Shown here piece after piece: positions 38,015 to 50,023 of a DNA stretch of 64,000 nucleotides. A program made the translations under genes and the position numbers. Source of the DNA: Centroscyllium fabricii (Eukaryota); the NCBI GenBank assembly GCA_051313645.2, contig JBNRSN020000035.1:18848001-18912000 (forward strand), in the 5' to 3' direction. Numbering within the stretch: position 1 is the first letter of the stretch; every line of letters begins with the position of its first letter. Under the pieces are notes generated by a model, which saw only the letters and a program-made list of their open reading frames with translations, ran no database searches and was not told the DNA's origin.

Positions 38015-38131
38015 GGACTGGCTATGGTGGAGGAAGCTATGGATATGGTGGTGGCGGAGGAGGAGGAGGAGGAGGAGGAGGGGGTGGTGCTAACTACGGT
38101 TATGGAGCCTCTAATTCCTCTGGTGGATACG
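38015..38131 (+). CDS. ILF3: ILF3 last exon shared by NF90 and NF110
   Basis: GTGYGGGSYGY(G)nANYGYGASNSSGGY; CCAG| acceptor, G|GTAAGA donor. Confidence 0.93.
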
Positions 38132-38526
38132 GTAAGATTTAATTGTAAAAGGCGTATCTAACTGACAACTTTATAAGATTGTGTACTACGTATTGTTCTT
38201 GAGCAAGGGACAGATTCCAATTTCTATGATCCTACCCCCCCCCCCCCCCCTTGTTGGGGGTATGTCTGTAAGAGAGAAGGGTGAAACTAAATAAGATGCA
38301 TGTGTCTTTCCCCCCCCCCCCCCCTCACCAAAGCTGCCGTTGAGAATCAGCATAAACCTGCACCACAGTAGCGCGCCCCAACTCTGGATTGACTTGGTCT
38401 GTCACTTTCCCATTGCCCTGCAGTTGCCTCTGTGGAATGTGAGTGAAGCTTATTTTAAAAACCAAGGGTATGCAGTCCTCAAAACATAAGTTAAAACTTA
38501 CGGCATCCCCTTATCATAGCCACTGG

Positions 38527-38887
38527 CAATATTCCCTGTAAGGTGCGTGCACGCACAGCCACACAGTAATCTGCCCCGGGGAGGGGGGGTGGAGTCGGTG
38601 ATCTGCCCGGGGGGTGGGGCACGCGCGGGTTGGCGGTAGTCTGCCCCGAGGGGGGTGGAGGCGAATACTGTCCCGGGGGGTGGAGGCTGTAATCTGCCTG
38701 CGGGGGGGGCGCCTGCCGGTAATGTACCCCGGGGGGGGGGGGGGCTGGAGGCGGTAATCTGCCTTTGGGGGGGTGCATAGGCTGGTCACATGCTTTTCCA
38801 TTTGAAATATTGCACAAGCACAGAAATTTAAAGGGACCGCACATTGAAATGAACAGGCACAATGAAGACCCTTCAGAGGGAACATTG
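38527..38887. mobile_element. hAT-type MITE with G-rich internal repeats
   Basis: TIRs CAATATTCCCTGTAAG / CTTCAGAGGGAACATTG; 8-bp TSD GCCACTGG / GTCACTGG; a related TIR start at 30023. Confidence 0.8.
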
Positions 38888-40354
38888 GTCACTGGCATTA
38901 ATTATATAGCTCTTGGTGCAGAGGGGCTGCCGAGTAGTGCTGTAGATTCTAAAAGAAGTTCAGCATCTCCAGTGAGCCAGCAGGGGTGAATTATCCAAGC
39001 ACATTGGGGTCCATTCTCTCTCCCTCTCTCTGAATAATGCATGCTTGCCTTGGAGCTGACCTGTTTGCAGCAGAGGCTAGTTCTCTAAGCAGCTGCTGGA
39101 AGGTGGTATTGAAGTTTCAGGTTTTTTTTATCCCCCCTCTCATTGCTCGTGCGGAGGTTAAACATCAACACAATGGCCCGTATCCATGTTGTAACTTCTA
39201 TGTATCCATCTAGGAATTCATGCCGGTCGGCTTCTGAGTAGTGTCAATCCTGATGTTGGGCGAGGGGAATAATCTAATTAAAACTGGACAAAACATTTGA
39301 GACATAATTTTGTCCTCTTCAATATAGTAACTGGCTCCTGTCCTTTTAGAAATCACTGGTGGAGGTACAGTTCTATTAAAGAGGACTATGCTGCAGATGT
39401 GGTGTCTTAGCCCTATAAATTTTAATTTTAAGTTGTTTCTTTGTTTTATTTAGTCTTAGAAATTGATCTGGTTTTCCTTTGTGATTTTCAATGACCGAAA
39501 TGCTGCAGTGATGCTCGGAGCAGCCCTAGCTTCTCAAGTTTCTGTGCGAGAAAGCTGTGGTTGCATGCCAGAGATAGATTTTCTCAGCTAGCATGGCGGG
39601 TTCTCTGCTTACTGAAGCTGGCATCTTAGGGTAGTGCCAGTGTTCAGCTGCCAGCTATTTGAAGTGGTTCGGTTTCTGAATATAAAGCACATCATTGCAT
39701 GGTCCTGTTGTTTCCCCCATCTCCCCCCCCCACCCCTTTTCCTGAAGACATCAACTCTTGCTGGATGCCCTCATCCACATGTGAGTGAGCCTAGGCAGCG
39801 ACGGTCAGCAGATTATTCCTGTGTGAGCAGTATCACGGCTGAGGCTGTCCTGACATCCTTTCATGCCGACTATGCAGCAGGGTCACTGTGGGGGGGTGGT
39901 TCGGAGCAGAAATACTGGCTTCCCCCTCTTTCTCTCCCCTCTCCCAACATTATAGGGTGATGTATGTTGTAATCCAATGACTGAGATCAGATGACCGGCA
40001 CAGACTGGACTTTGTCGATGGCTCCGTTCTGCACCGTATGGTGTACACTTGCCAACCAGCCCTCTGGTGAGCTAGGTGTTAATGCCAGAAGACTCTTCTC
40101 GTGTGTCTTAGTGTTGTGGTTTGTACACACTGCTTATTGCTGAATTGTATTTTTATATTTCTCTGCTTTGTAAGCCACACGAAGCAAACCTCATTTATCA
40201 ACAAACTGAAATCTGTACACAAGGAAGCAGCTTGCCTGAGAAAAAGCCACTTGCACGAGGTGACAGGAGCAGAGAAATCTAAAAAAAATTGGCATTCTAC
40301 CTTTTACCAAGCACGCCTAATTTTTTGTTTCTCTGCTCTGTCTCCCAGCTGTAG

Positions 40355-40398
40355 GTGACTTTTTCAAAGACAGCTTCCAAGATTTTCCCTCTGGCTAG
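40355..40398 (+). CDS. ILF3: ILF3 NF90-specific terminal coding exon
   Basis: Pyrimidine tract then TGTAG|GT GAC TTT TTC: (G)DFFKDSFQDFPSG*, versus recalled human NF90 SDFFTDCYGYHDFGSS*; phase 1 fits. Confidence 0.88.
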
Positions 40399-41774
40399 AG
40401 GGTGAAAATTCACACACAATCCTGCCCCTCCCACTTTGGTCTAATTCATTTGAACTGTTGACGCCCAAAATCTGTAGACACATGCTGGACTATGCTGCTT
40501 CATCTGGACTCTGGTTTCTTGTTGTGCCCACTCAAATGGCAAATACCCACTAGTATTTGACTCAGTTCTGTAATCCATCAGAGAAGTGTTTTCTGTCTGC
40601 AGTATTTGTCACCTTTTTGTATTGACGAGACTTTGGGGAGGAGCTTCAACAAGACTACAGCACCTGAAAAGCAATAAATCTGTGTTCAAAGCAATGGAGA
40701 AGCAAAAGGAATTTCACTGTCCAAAGAACCAATTCTGGTTCTGAATACTTTTTACCCAATGTTGAGAGTCGAGTGTGAATCACCTCTTGGACTCTATTGA
40801 GTGTCGGTCTGAATTTGAAGTTTAAATCTGATTGAAGGTTGTCTAAATACAGTCGGTGTTGGTGATGTGCAACATTGACCAAACATTGCACAGGAGCAGT
40901 TTAATCGAGACTCCATTTTAATTGGATGTAGTATCACTGCCATTCAATGTAGGGTAGAGTTCCCCATCAATAACTAACCAGGCCAATTCTCCAAATGGAA
41001 TTTCACATACCAGCACTAAGATCAGGACTTTGGGCCCGATCTGTAAAGGCCCAAATAATTAAAAACCTGATATAGTGCTTGATCACGTAGCATCCAAGTG
41101 TTTTAATGAAGCAGCTGTTTGTGGTTTCACAGCTTGTGACAGTTGATACCACTGGGAAGGGGCATGTCATTTATGCCAACGGATTTTGGGGGAGGTGTTG
41201 CAGATGATGGTGTTGAGATTCTGGCCAAAGTTAACAGGATATTTAACTAGTCTACAGAATTCTACGTGTTTAAACGGAGCAGTCTGAAATTGCAGTCCGG
41301 TTAGATCTCACAGCCTCTGTCTTGGTGTTCCATTACCTTGCCATCTGCTTTAGGTTCTAAAGGCAATAGACAACTGGAACTGAATCTCCACCTGGCATTT
41401 TGCTGCTTAAAGCATGTAGCTTCCCTGAAAACATGAAGTGTCACTCTGCTACAATCAACCTCGGTAACTCAAGTAGCTTTCAAATGGAATTGTCACACTT
41501 CCACACACTGCCCTATGACCTCTTTCCATCCCTGTAATTGTGACTTTAGCTGTGCCCATTAGTTTACCAGTGTGTAATGTAAATCAATGTGATGGGGTTT
41601 ACCTGTCCAGGCAGCCAAAGGGTTGACATGTTGGATACTGTATGGAATTTAGTTACTGTATCTGCAGCCTCCAGTGTCCATGCCGGTTATGTGAATTAAG
41701 AGCGACATTTCTAGGAACAGAAAGGACATATTGACCCTGAGTCTCACTTTTCATAAATAAACCCCATCCACCTA

Positions 41775-43100
41775 TTTGACCAATCACCTTAAATCTGTGT
41801 CCTCTCATTATTGACCCTTCAAACCCATCATGATTTTAAACCTCTCACCAAACCTCCTCTTTGCCATCTCTGCTCCAAGGAGAACAACCCCAGCTTCTTC
41901 AGTCTATCCACGTAACTGTGATCCCTCATCCCTGGAACCATTCTAGTAAATCTCTTCTGCACCCTCTCCAAAGCTTCACATCCTTCCTGAAGTGTGGTGC
42001 CCAGGATTGGACACAATACTCCAGCTGGGGTTGAAGAGGGGTTTTAGGTTTAGCACAATGTCCTGGCTTTAGCCCAGGATCCCATAGGCTTTACTAACCT
42101 GTCTGCCACCTTTGAACATTTACGCATAAGCACCCCTGGGTCTCTGTTCTTCCACCCCCTTTTAAATTCTACCATTTAGTGTGTACATCTCTCTCCGGTC
42201 TGAAAAACAGCCGTTCACCACAACTGTTCTCTATCCCTCAGACTCTTTTGTATCCATGCTGCTACTGCCCCATTTATCCTTTGGGCTTCAATTTTGCTAA
42301 CATGCCCAATACGTGGTACGATCAAGTTAGTCAAACACGATTTGTCCTTAACCAATCCTTTTATTAGTCCATGCTAGTCGAAGTGGCTGTTAATTTTCTC
42401 TCAGATTATTGTTTCTAAAAGCTTCCCCACCACCAATGTTAAACTGACTGGCCTTGCCAGGTTTATCCTTCTCCCCTTTTTTGAACAGGGGTGTAACATT
42501 TCCAGTCCTCTGGTACCACCCCTGTGTCTAAGGCAGATTGAAGATTGTGGCCAGCATCTCCACAATTTCTACCCTTGCTTCCCTCAACAACCTAGGACGC
42601 ATCCTATCCGGACCATTTAATTACCGCCATCCTTTCTAGTACTGTACTTTAATTTATTTTTTTATCTCCTCCAGTATCCCAGCAACCTCCTCGTTTACCA
42701 TAGCCTTGGCAATGTCCTCTTCCTTGAAAAACACTGCTACAAAAAGTACTCTTAGTACCTCAGCCATGCCTTCTGCCTCCAACAATAGTTCTCCATTTTG
42801 GTTCCTAATTGACCCCAGCACTCCGGACAACCTTTTTACTGTTAATATGTCTGAAGACCACCTTTGGAAATCCAATCTATTCTTGTACTGTCTCTTTGAC
42901 CCTCGTATTTCCTTTTTCACTTCTCTACTTTTTTATATTCCACCTGATTCTCGGTTGTATTATCAAGCTGACATCTGTCGTGCGTCCCTTTTTCTGCTTC
43001 ATCCGACTCTCCAACTCCTTCATCGTCCAGGGAGCTCTGACTTTAGTTGCCCTTCCTTTCCCCCCTTGTAGGAATATACCTAGACTGTTGCCAAACCATC
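41775..43100 (-). mobile_element. Degenerate CR1 LINE fragment
   Basis: ALERVQKRFTRMVPGMR..YVDRLKKLGLFSLEQR (41828-42016 -) and EGMAEVL..F..VF..ED. Confidence 0.85.
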
Positions 43101-43865
43101 TCCTCGCCTGATTTTAGGTTGTCCTGTTTGAGTCTTCACTGGTCAACATTATGGCTAAATGAGTTTAATTCGGTTCACAGTCTCTTACTGGTGCTCCGAA
43201 GTTGCTAGATTTTCAGATATCAGAGTACCCTGTATAACTGCAGCATCTATGTTTTTTGAAGGTCATTTTCCCTTTTGACAGTTTCAGTGATTTCCAAAAG
43301 TAAACCGTGCCCCTCACACTAGAGTGCTTCTTTAACCTACCCTTTCAGACAGTATGTGGCTCACTGCTAACCACATTCACTAAAGTAAACTGCACCGGAC
43401 CTTTAGGCTGCATCTGCATTGAGTTATTTCAGTGAGTGGGATATTATCACGCTGACCCAAAGTTTTACTGGTTGAAATTAGCCATAGTATTTTTGGGGCA
43501 GAGTACAACATGTTGTCTCTATGGTAGTACTTGATTCAAAGTGACACTGTAGGGATTTCTGGCTGTGTTCTTGCTGGGCTTGATTTTAATGTGATTTTAG
43601 ACCTGTAAGTGTTATTTCCTAGTGTAGGTACCTGTAGTATAAAACTTACAGCAATGTACTGACTGACCCCCCATCAAAAAATACAGGTTTCAGGTGAAGC
43701 AGTGGGGTTGCAATTCTTTATGGGATGTTCTGTATGAACTATTTTATTGTGCCTCTCTTAGTTAACATTTTGACGCTCATTTTTATGTGTTGTATTTTTT
43801 TCTACAAGAGAGCAATTGTATAGCATCCCGAGCAGGACCGATGTCAGTTTGTTTCATTCAAGTTC

Positions 43866-43888
43866 AATAAAAGTTTATAAGGAATAAA
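43866..43888 (+). terminator. Candidate distal NF90 poly(A) signals (two AATAAA); a proximal AATAAA lies at 40673-40678
   Basis: AATAAA at 43866 and 43883, preceded by U/GU-rich UTR-like sequence. Confidence 0.45.
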
Positions 43889-44329
43889 TGTGAGCTGCGA
43901 GTGAAAATGGCTTTAACCAGGACTGGGGTGGGGCTGTTAACATTTTATTCTGCCTCTGCAACATTTGGCTGTGTTGTCTGGGTCACTATATTGTGTTGGG
44001 GATTATTGATGGTATTTTGAACAAAGTGCCGTCGTTACCCATCCTGAATTATTAAGCCCTCCAGCCAGTGCCCGAAAACTTTAGGACTGAGTGTTATATG
44101 GAGGGTTACGGACCTGTGATTTTTCAGAGAAATGAAATGGAATCGTGGCATGCTAGTGTGCCAGTAAAACTCCCAGGTAATGAACAGAATTTGACTGTCA
44201 TCCTGAGCTGTGGCCCTAGTTTTGAAGCTTTTGGGTTGTGCAGTATTTCCTAATCGATGTTAAATGCTTTTATCCAAAGGAAAAACCTCTGGTCTGGATG
44301 CATCCATGGCAGATTAATTTTGTTTTTTA

Positions 44330-45130
44330 TGCATTCTTGGAATATGGGCATTGCTGGAAGGGCACCCATTTATTGCCCGTCCCTAGTTGCCCTTAAGGCA
44401 GTCTGTGGTGAAAGTGCTCCCACAGTACTGCTGGGTAACAAGTTCCAGCATTTTGACCCAGTGACCATGAAGGAGCACTGATGTCCAAGTTGGGATAGTG
44501 TGTGACTTGGAGGTGATAAGTGTTCCCATGCACCCATTGCTCATGTCCTAGATGGTAGAGAAATGCAAGACGTCACACAACGCCAGGTTATAGTCCAACA
44601 GTTTTATTTTAAATCACAAGCTTTCGGAGCGTCTGCTCCTTCCTCAGGTGAAAGAGCGTCTCTCTTTCACCTGAGGAAGGAGCAGACGCTCTGAAAGCTT
44701 GTGATTTAAAATAAAACTGTTGAACTATAACCTGGCGTTGTGTGACGTCTTGCATTTGTCCACCCCAGTCCAACACCGGCACCTCCACATCCTAGATGGT
44801 AGAGGTTACTGGTTTAGGAGCTTCTGCCAAAGAAGCCCTGGTGGGTTACTGCAATGCATCCTGTACATAATACGCACTGCAGCCATGGTGTGCCAGCAGT
44901 AGATGGGGTGCCCTTCAAGCAGAGTGCTTTGTCCTAGATTGCATTTAGCTTCTTGAGTGTAGGTAGTTACAGCTGGACCTATCCAGGCAAGTGGAGAATA
45001 TTGCATCACATTCCTGACTAGTGGTGGAGAGGCTTTGAGGAGTTGAGAGGTGAGCCACTCGCTGCAGAATACCCATCCTCCGACCTACTCTAATAGCTGT
45101 GCCATTTATGTGGCTGGTCCCACAACTCCC
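44330..45130 (-). mobile_element. Old LINE 3' fragment (related sequence at 1-120), split by a palindromic insertion
   Basis: MQYSPLAWI..A and HTMAAVRIMYRMHC motifs typical of the C-terminus of CR1/L2-group ORF2. Confidence 0.65.
44561..44789. mobile_element. Penelope-derived palindromic element with minimal hammerhead motifs and 15-bp TSD
   Basis: 96-bp arms at 44561-44656 and 44662-44757; CTGAGGA-A-GGAGC-AGAC-GCTC(C/T)-GAAA-GCTT on both strands; TSD TCCTAGATGGTAGAG at 44546-44560 and 44790-44804. Confidence 0.88.
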
Positions 45131-45199
45131 TATTTGAATCTCTCCGACCAGGTTTCTGCCCCATGCGCAGCACAAATGCTCAAGTGACTGGTGTATTTT

Positions 45200-45843
45200 C
45201 CTTCCTTGACCTATGTGCAGCCTTTGACGCAGTCCATCGCATTCTTCTCCAATACCTCTCCATTGTCCAGCTCAGTTGACATCTAATTAGGGTGCGAGTA
45301 TCTCCAGCAAAAGCTTCTCTCCTCTCCCCCCCCCCCCCCCCCCCCCCCCAACACTGTTAGCTCAGTAGTTCCCATCGGATCTATCCTTTATTATCTATAT
45401 GCTGCCCCTTGACAAAATCATCTAAAGAAATGGAGTCAGCCTCAACATGTATGCTGATGACAACATGCTCTACCTTGCAACCCTTCACTGCCTCTTGTCG
45501 AACTGCTTGTCCGACAGCCAGTCTTGGATAAGCTTCAATTCAACATTTGGGAGACTGAATCCATTGTCATTGGCCCCACCATTAACTCCGCACTCTTGCG
45601 ATCGATTCCAACCCACTTTCATGTCCTTGCCACTCCCCTGTCTCTCTAACCTCCTCCAGCCTGTTGCATCCATCCCCCAACTCTAGCCTCTTATGCATTT
45701 CCCCCCCCAACTTTGTTTCACCATTGGTGGCCGTGCCTTCGGCCACCCATGCCCTAAGCTGTGGAATTCCCTCCCTAAGCCCCTCTACCTCTCCCTTCCT
45801 TTAAACTCCACCTTTATGACCAAGCTTTTTGTTACCCTACCTA
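45200..45843 (+). mobile_element. Degenerate L2-like LINE fragment
   Basis: LLDL..AFD motif, MYADD (45447) and a tail CTGTGGAATTCCCTCCCTAA...GACCAAGCTTTT. Confidence 0.65.
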
Positions 45844-45846
45844 ATA

Positions 45847-46315
45847 CAGGAATAAACGCCACCTAAATATCCGGAATTCTCTATTGTCAATATCTGGCAA
45901 TGTTGTCGAGTCCAAGTCTCCCGCAGTGGCCAAGTTAGTCAGTGGGGCCAGTTCTCCAAAACCGCCACTTATTGGCACTGTCAGAACACCTCAATCCCCC
46001 TGTAACAGGAGTCCGACTCTCCCGTGCGGCCGGTAGTCTCTGATCCGCCATTTTACAGGGGTGCTGTGTGTCTCCCGCGCTGCTGGTAGTCATTGCATTA
46101 CCCTCAACTGGCAGTTCGGTACTTAATCAAGCATCTTCCACCATCCATTTAACACAACATTCTGTAGGTCAGTACCCAATTACTGTATACTGCACATTTC
46201 TTGATTTTTAAATTTTTCTTTGTTTAAAAATAGCCTTGCTAGATAACCACCTCTGTCATCCGGAATTTCTGATCAACCGGCAACACGTCGGTGCCGGATA
46301 GCAAAGAATTTCCTG
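45847..46315. mobile_element. Older Tc1/mariner-type MITE
   Basis: TA|CAGGAA ... TTCCTG|TA with ATCCGG/CCGGAT subterminal remnants. Confidence 0.55.
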
Positions 46316-47412
46316 TATCTCCTTTTTCTCTGTCCTATTTTGTGTGATTTAACCTCTGAAGCACCATGGGCTAGTTTTCTCTGTTGAAGGTGATCAATAA
46401 ATGCAAGTAATCGTTGATGTGGAATGTTTTCATCCACATGTGAATGCATGCGCAAGCACCCAATGCAAGCTGCAATCTGAGAAACTCAATACCTCTCCTA
46501 AAATTAACCCATTGACTGACCAGTATCTCGCCCATGCGTTCTACACCGCAAAATCCAGGTGCATCCAATCTAGAATTGGGTTACATGGTACTTCTCTGGG
46601 TGTGGTGCTGGCATGCATGGTACTGAAATCCCACTGTTGGCCTTTGAATGTCTGACCTTTGAGGGTTTTATGGTTGCATGTTCTAGTTTGCCCTCATCAT
46701 ACCAGACTGATCTGAAGCAGTCCAACGTTATAATCCTTTCTACTTTACTGTCTGTAAGAGTGGCCTCTTGGAGATTGTTCTTTGTAAACTTCAGATGTCG
46801 TTAAGCTGTACCACAAATCCAGAAAACATTAATATCTGTCCCCCAATTTTCTCTCTCTGACTCCAGTGCCTCGCCCAAGTGGCTGTTCATGTGTGGGCCT
46901 GATGAAAGTAGCAGGCTGAAGGCTGACCCTGATCTTGCCTCATGTCCAAGGCCACCAAGAGATTGTGGATCTCGTCAAAAAAAAGGAAGGAATAAGATGC
47001 CCAGGATACTGGTTAAGATTCCAGTGTAAAGAAACTGAATTTGACTCTCTCTCTCCCCATAAAGCAGTGGCTATATCAAAATCAGCACAGGTTTTCCAGC
47101 ACATGGCACTGGGTAGCAGTCAGGGGAGGGGGCGATTGGCTTTTTCTCTTTCTCCTCCTGCCCTATGCCAGTTGTAGGACACCTGACCGTTGCCCGAGAT
47201 CGTCAACACTGCGCGGACTAGGGGTGCCACTTGGGGTCTTTTGGACTGTCACTGCATCACAGCAAGCAGGCAGCATCTGAATCTTCAGGTTTACTTGAAT
47301 TTGGGGATGCAGTAGGATAAATTGCAGGTGTAGTCTTAAGATAGATTTGACTCCAGAGAAGTTTGGATAAAGTGACTGGACACTGTTAAATGTTTTCTTC
47401 TTCACCCCACAG

Positions 47413-47805
47413 GTAACTACTACAACAGTGGTGGCTACTCCAGTTCAGGCACTTCAGGGGGCTACTCCTACAGTCAGAATGATGGTTATACTCCTCCACC
47501 ACCAAAGAAGCCAATCAAGCCACAACCCCCCCTGCAGAAACCCTCATATGGTGGGGGTGGAGGTGGCAGCGGCGGCGGTGGTGGTGGCAGCGGCGGTGGT
47601 GGTGGTGGTGGTGGTGGTGGTTACCAGGCTCCGCAGTCCTCGTACAGCCAGAACCAGTACAGTAGCTACAGCCAAGCCCCACTCCCCGCCCCAGCAAAAC
47701 AAAAAGCCTACAACAGCCAGAACTATTCCTATTCGGGCTCCTCCTACAGTAGTTCCTACTCTGGGCCGAGTGTTGGCGCTAGCGTGGAATACGAACGCAA
47801 GGGTG
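47413..47805 (+). CDS. ILF3: ILF3 NF110-specific exon (GQSY-rich)
   Basis: GNYYNSGGYSSSG...PPPPKKPIKPQPPLQKPSYG(G/S)nYQAPQSSYSQNQY...KQKAYN...VEYERKG; phase 1/1. Confidence 0.92.
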
Positions 47806-48334
47806 GTACGTATGTGACATTTTTCTTTATCTGCCTTTTGGATATGCGATTTAAATCAGCCTGTGTAAAAGCATTTACAAGCAGGGTTTGTTTGGTAGCA
47901 GAAGCTTTTTTTTTAAGTGGTAGTGAGGAGCTTCAGCATATTAATGTAAAATCCCCAAGCAAAAGGAAGTGAGGCAAATTGGGAAATAATGGTGCAAAGC
48001 TTGGACAGTAGGAGGGGGGAATGGAGGGCTCTGACAGTTTGAGGTCTTGTGAAAGATTAGATTGAGTCTTTACGGTGAATCTTGATTTCAGTATAGGGAG
48101 AAGGAATAGCATGTGCGTTTGGGTATGAATATCTGCAGCTTAAGAATGAGGAGGTGCCACACTTCATGCCTCTGAATTCTGCTCCTCAATGTCTCAAAAT
48201 TCACTTGGTGGCACACATGGAACTGTGTAGCATGTTGTCTCTACGTAGTCTGAGGTGAGGGTGCGATTAAACTCTTGCACTCTTGGAGCAGCTCATACAT
48301 GAGATGTGTGTCTCACCAAACTAGTGGAGTAGGC

Positions 48335-48621
48335 CAGTGGTCACCAGGCCGCTGGACAGTTTTACCGGTCCGGGGATGGTTCTGAGAATCCGCGCATGCG
48401 GCGAATCAACGACCTTGCCGAGGACCGTCGGCTAATGATCGGCGCATGCGAGGATTCTCACAACCTTCCGCCGACGGAAGACAGCACCTCCGTCGGTCAG
48501 TCTAATTACCCCCCCAGCACCCCCCCCCCCCCCCGGCTGAGCCATAAAATCTCCGGCAGGTCCGCGAAGAAATTGACAAGCCCAAAATGAGCCGCGAACG
48601 CACAAAGGTTGGGGACCCCTG
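48335..48621. mobile_element. hAT (Charlie-like) MITE
   Basis: Ends CAGTGGTCACCA / TGGGGACCCCTG; perfect 8-bp TSD GAGTAGGC at 48327-48334 and 48622-48629. Confidence 0.88.
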
Positions 48622-48767
48622 GAGTAGGCGATGACTACCAGTTGGAGTGCTTGTATTTAGGCTTTGCTGTCTTACCATGTCCGTTAAGCAGATAATACAG
48701 AGATTAGGAGGTGTGCACGGTAGCCAGCTGTGAAACCAGTTTCTAAATCCTTTTTGCTGTTTTGTAG

Positions 48768-48881
48768 GATACAGTGGTTCAGCGTATGGCACTGGTGGGG
48801 GTAATTCGTATGCTTCGAACACGTCTGGAAGTTATGGAGGAGCCGGTGGTGCCGGTGCCAGTGCTAGTGGCTCATATTCTG
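48768..48881 (+). CDS. ILF3: ILF3 NF110-specific exon
   Basis: GYSGSAYGTGGGNSYASNTSGSYGGAGGAGASASGSYS; TTGTAG| acceptor, G|GTAAGA donor. Confidence 0.9.
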
Positions 48882-49892
48882 GTAAGATCCGATGAAAATG
48901 CCTTGAATGTGATCAACTGTCACGACCTTACTAATTAGTTGCCGGGTGGATTCCTGCTCATTTGTGAATTTAATGTTCTACACGGCGAGGCTTTCCTTGG
49001 GACACTTCATTTTTCCTGCTTCAAAATAAGCTAAGCAAATGGGAGCAGGGGACAAAAGTCAAAAGTAAAACTGCTATCTGGGACCAACTACAATGCTCAC
49101 TTAATGTTTGGAATAATCTCTGGTAAGCATGTTCAGTTCAAATCAGTTTTTACACTGACGTGGGAGAGTTGGAGTACTGGAGGAAAGTGGTTTTGGGAGT
49201 GCTAAATGTCAGGTATTTTTTCACTTTTTGATATTTGTCTTGCACAGTTTCCCCTCTTTTTGTCTTGAAAATGCTCCTTGCTGGAGTATGGTACCATCTG
49301 GCAACAATCCTCCAGTACCATGCCGGTGTTCCTCTGGAATTCCCTCACTAAACACCTCCACCTCTCTCCTCAAAGACGCTCCTTAAAACCTACCCGTCAC
49401 CTGTCCTATCTCCATCTGTGGCTCGGTGTCACGTTTGTTTGACGCTCCTGTGAAGTGCTTTGGGGTGTTTACGACGTTAAAGGTGCGATATAAATGAAAG
49501 TTGTTGGAGTAGTAGTGGAATTTGGCAGGATTTCAACACTGGGGAGACTGGATAGATCCAGTAGCCAAAATTCACACACTTGGTCCTCTTTTTCTCCTCC
49601 TTCTCCCTCTCTCTCTCACCCCCACACACTCCTTTCCATTAGCACTGATGCCTATGGTAGCAAGCGCCATTGAGATGGGATAACGCAGGATGGATTAAGC
49701 CTGGCACCATCCTGTCTGCATAGCTCCGAGGCACATTACCTCTCGACCATTGTGTGAGTGAGTGGCATCACTTTTGTAGAAACTGGCAGCTGTCCTTTTA
49801 TTCCTGGCTGGAGGAGATAGTTAGGGTCCTGTGGGAGAAGCAGGTATTCTGTGTACCTGTCCAACATTGCTAACACTGTAAATTGTTCACAG

Positions 49893-50023
49893 GGTATCCG
49901 TCCCAGAGTGGCTATAATGCACCATCGTCTGGGGGATTTGGCGCCAGTCAGTCATCCTATTCAAGCCCGGGCGGGGGCTATGGCCGAGGGGACCACAGCA
50001 TGAACACCTACCAGTACAGATAA
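49893..50023 (+). CDS. ILF3: ILF3 NF110 terminal coding exon
   Basis: GYPSQSGYNAPSSGG...GGYGRGDHSMNTYQYR*, versus recalled human ...GGYGRNADHSMNYQYR*. Confidence 0.96.

Noticed and set aside
40150-40265. Possible extra ILF3 exon after a pyrimidine tract (acceptor near 40174)
   Set aside because: Weak AAG acceptor, early stop and no recognisable homology; cannot be supported without RNA data.
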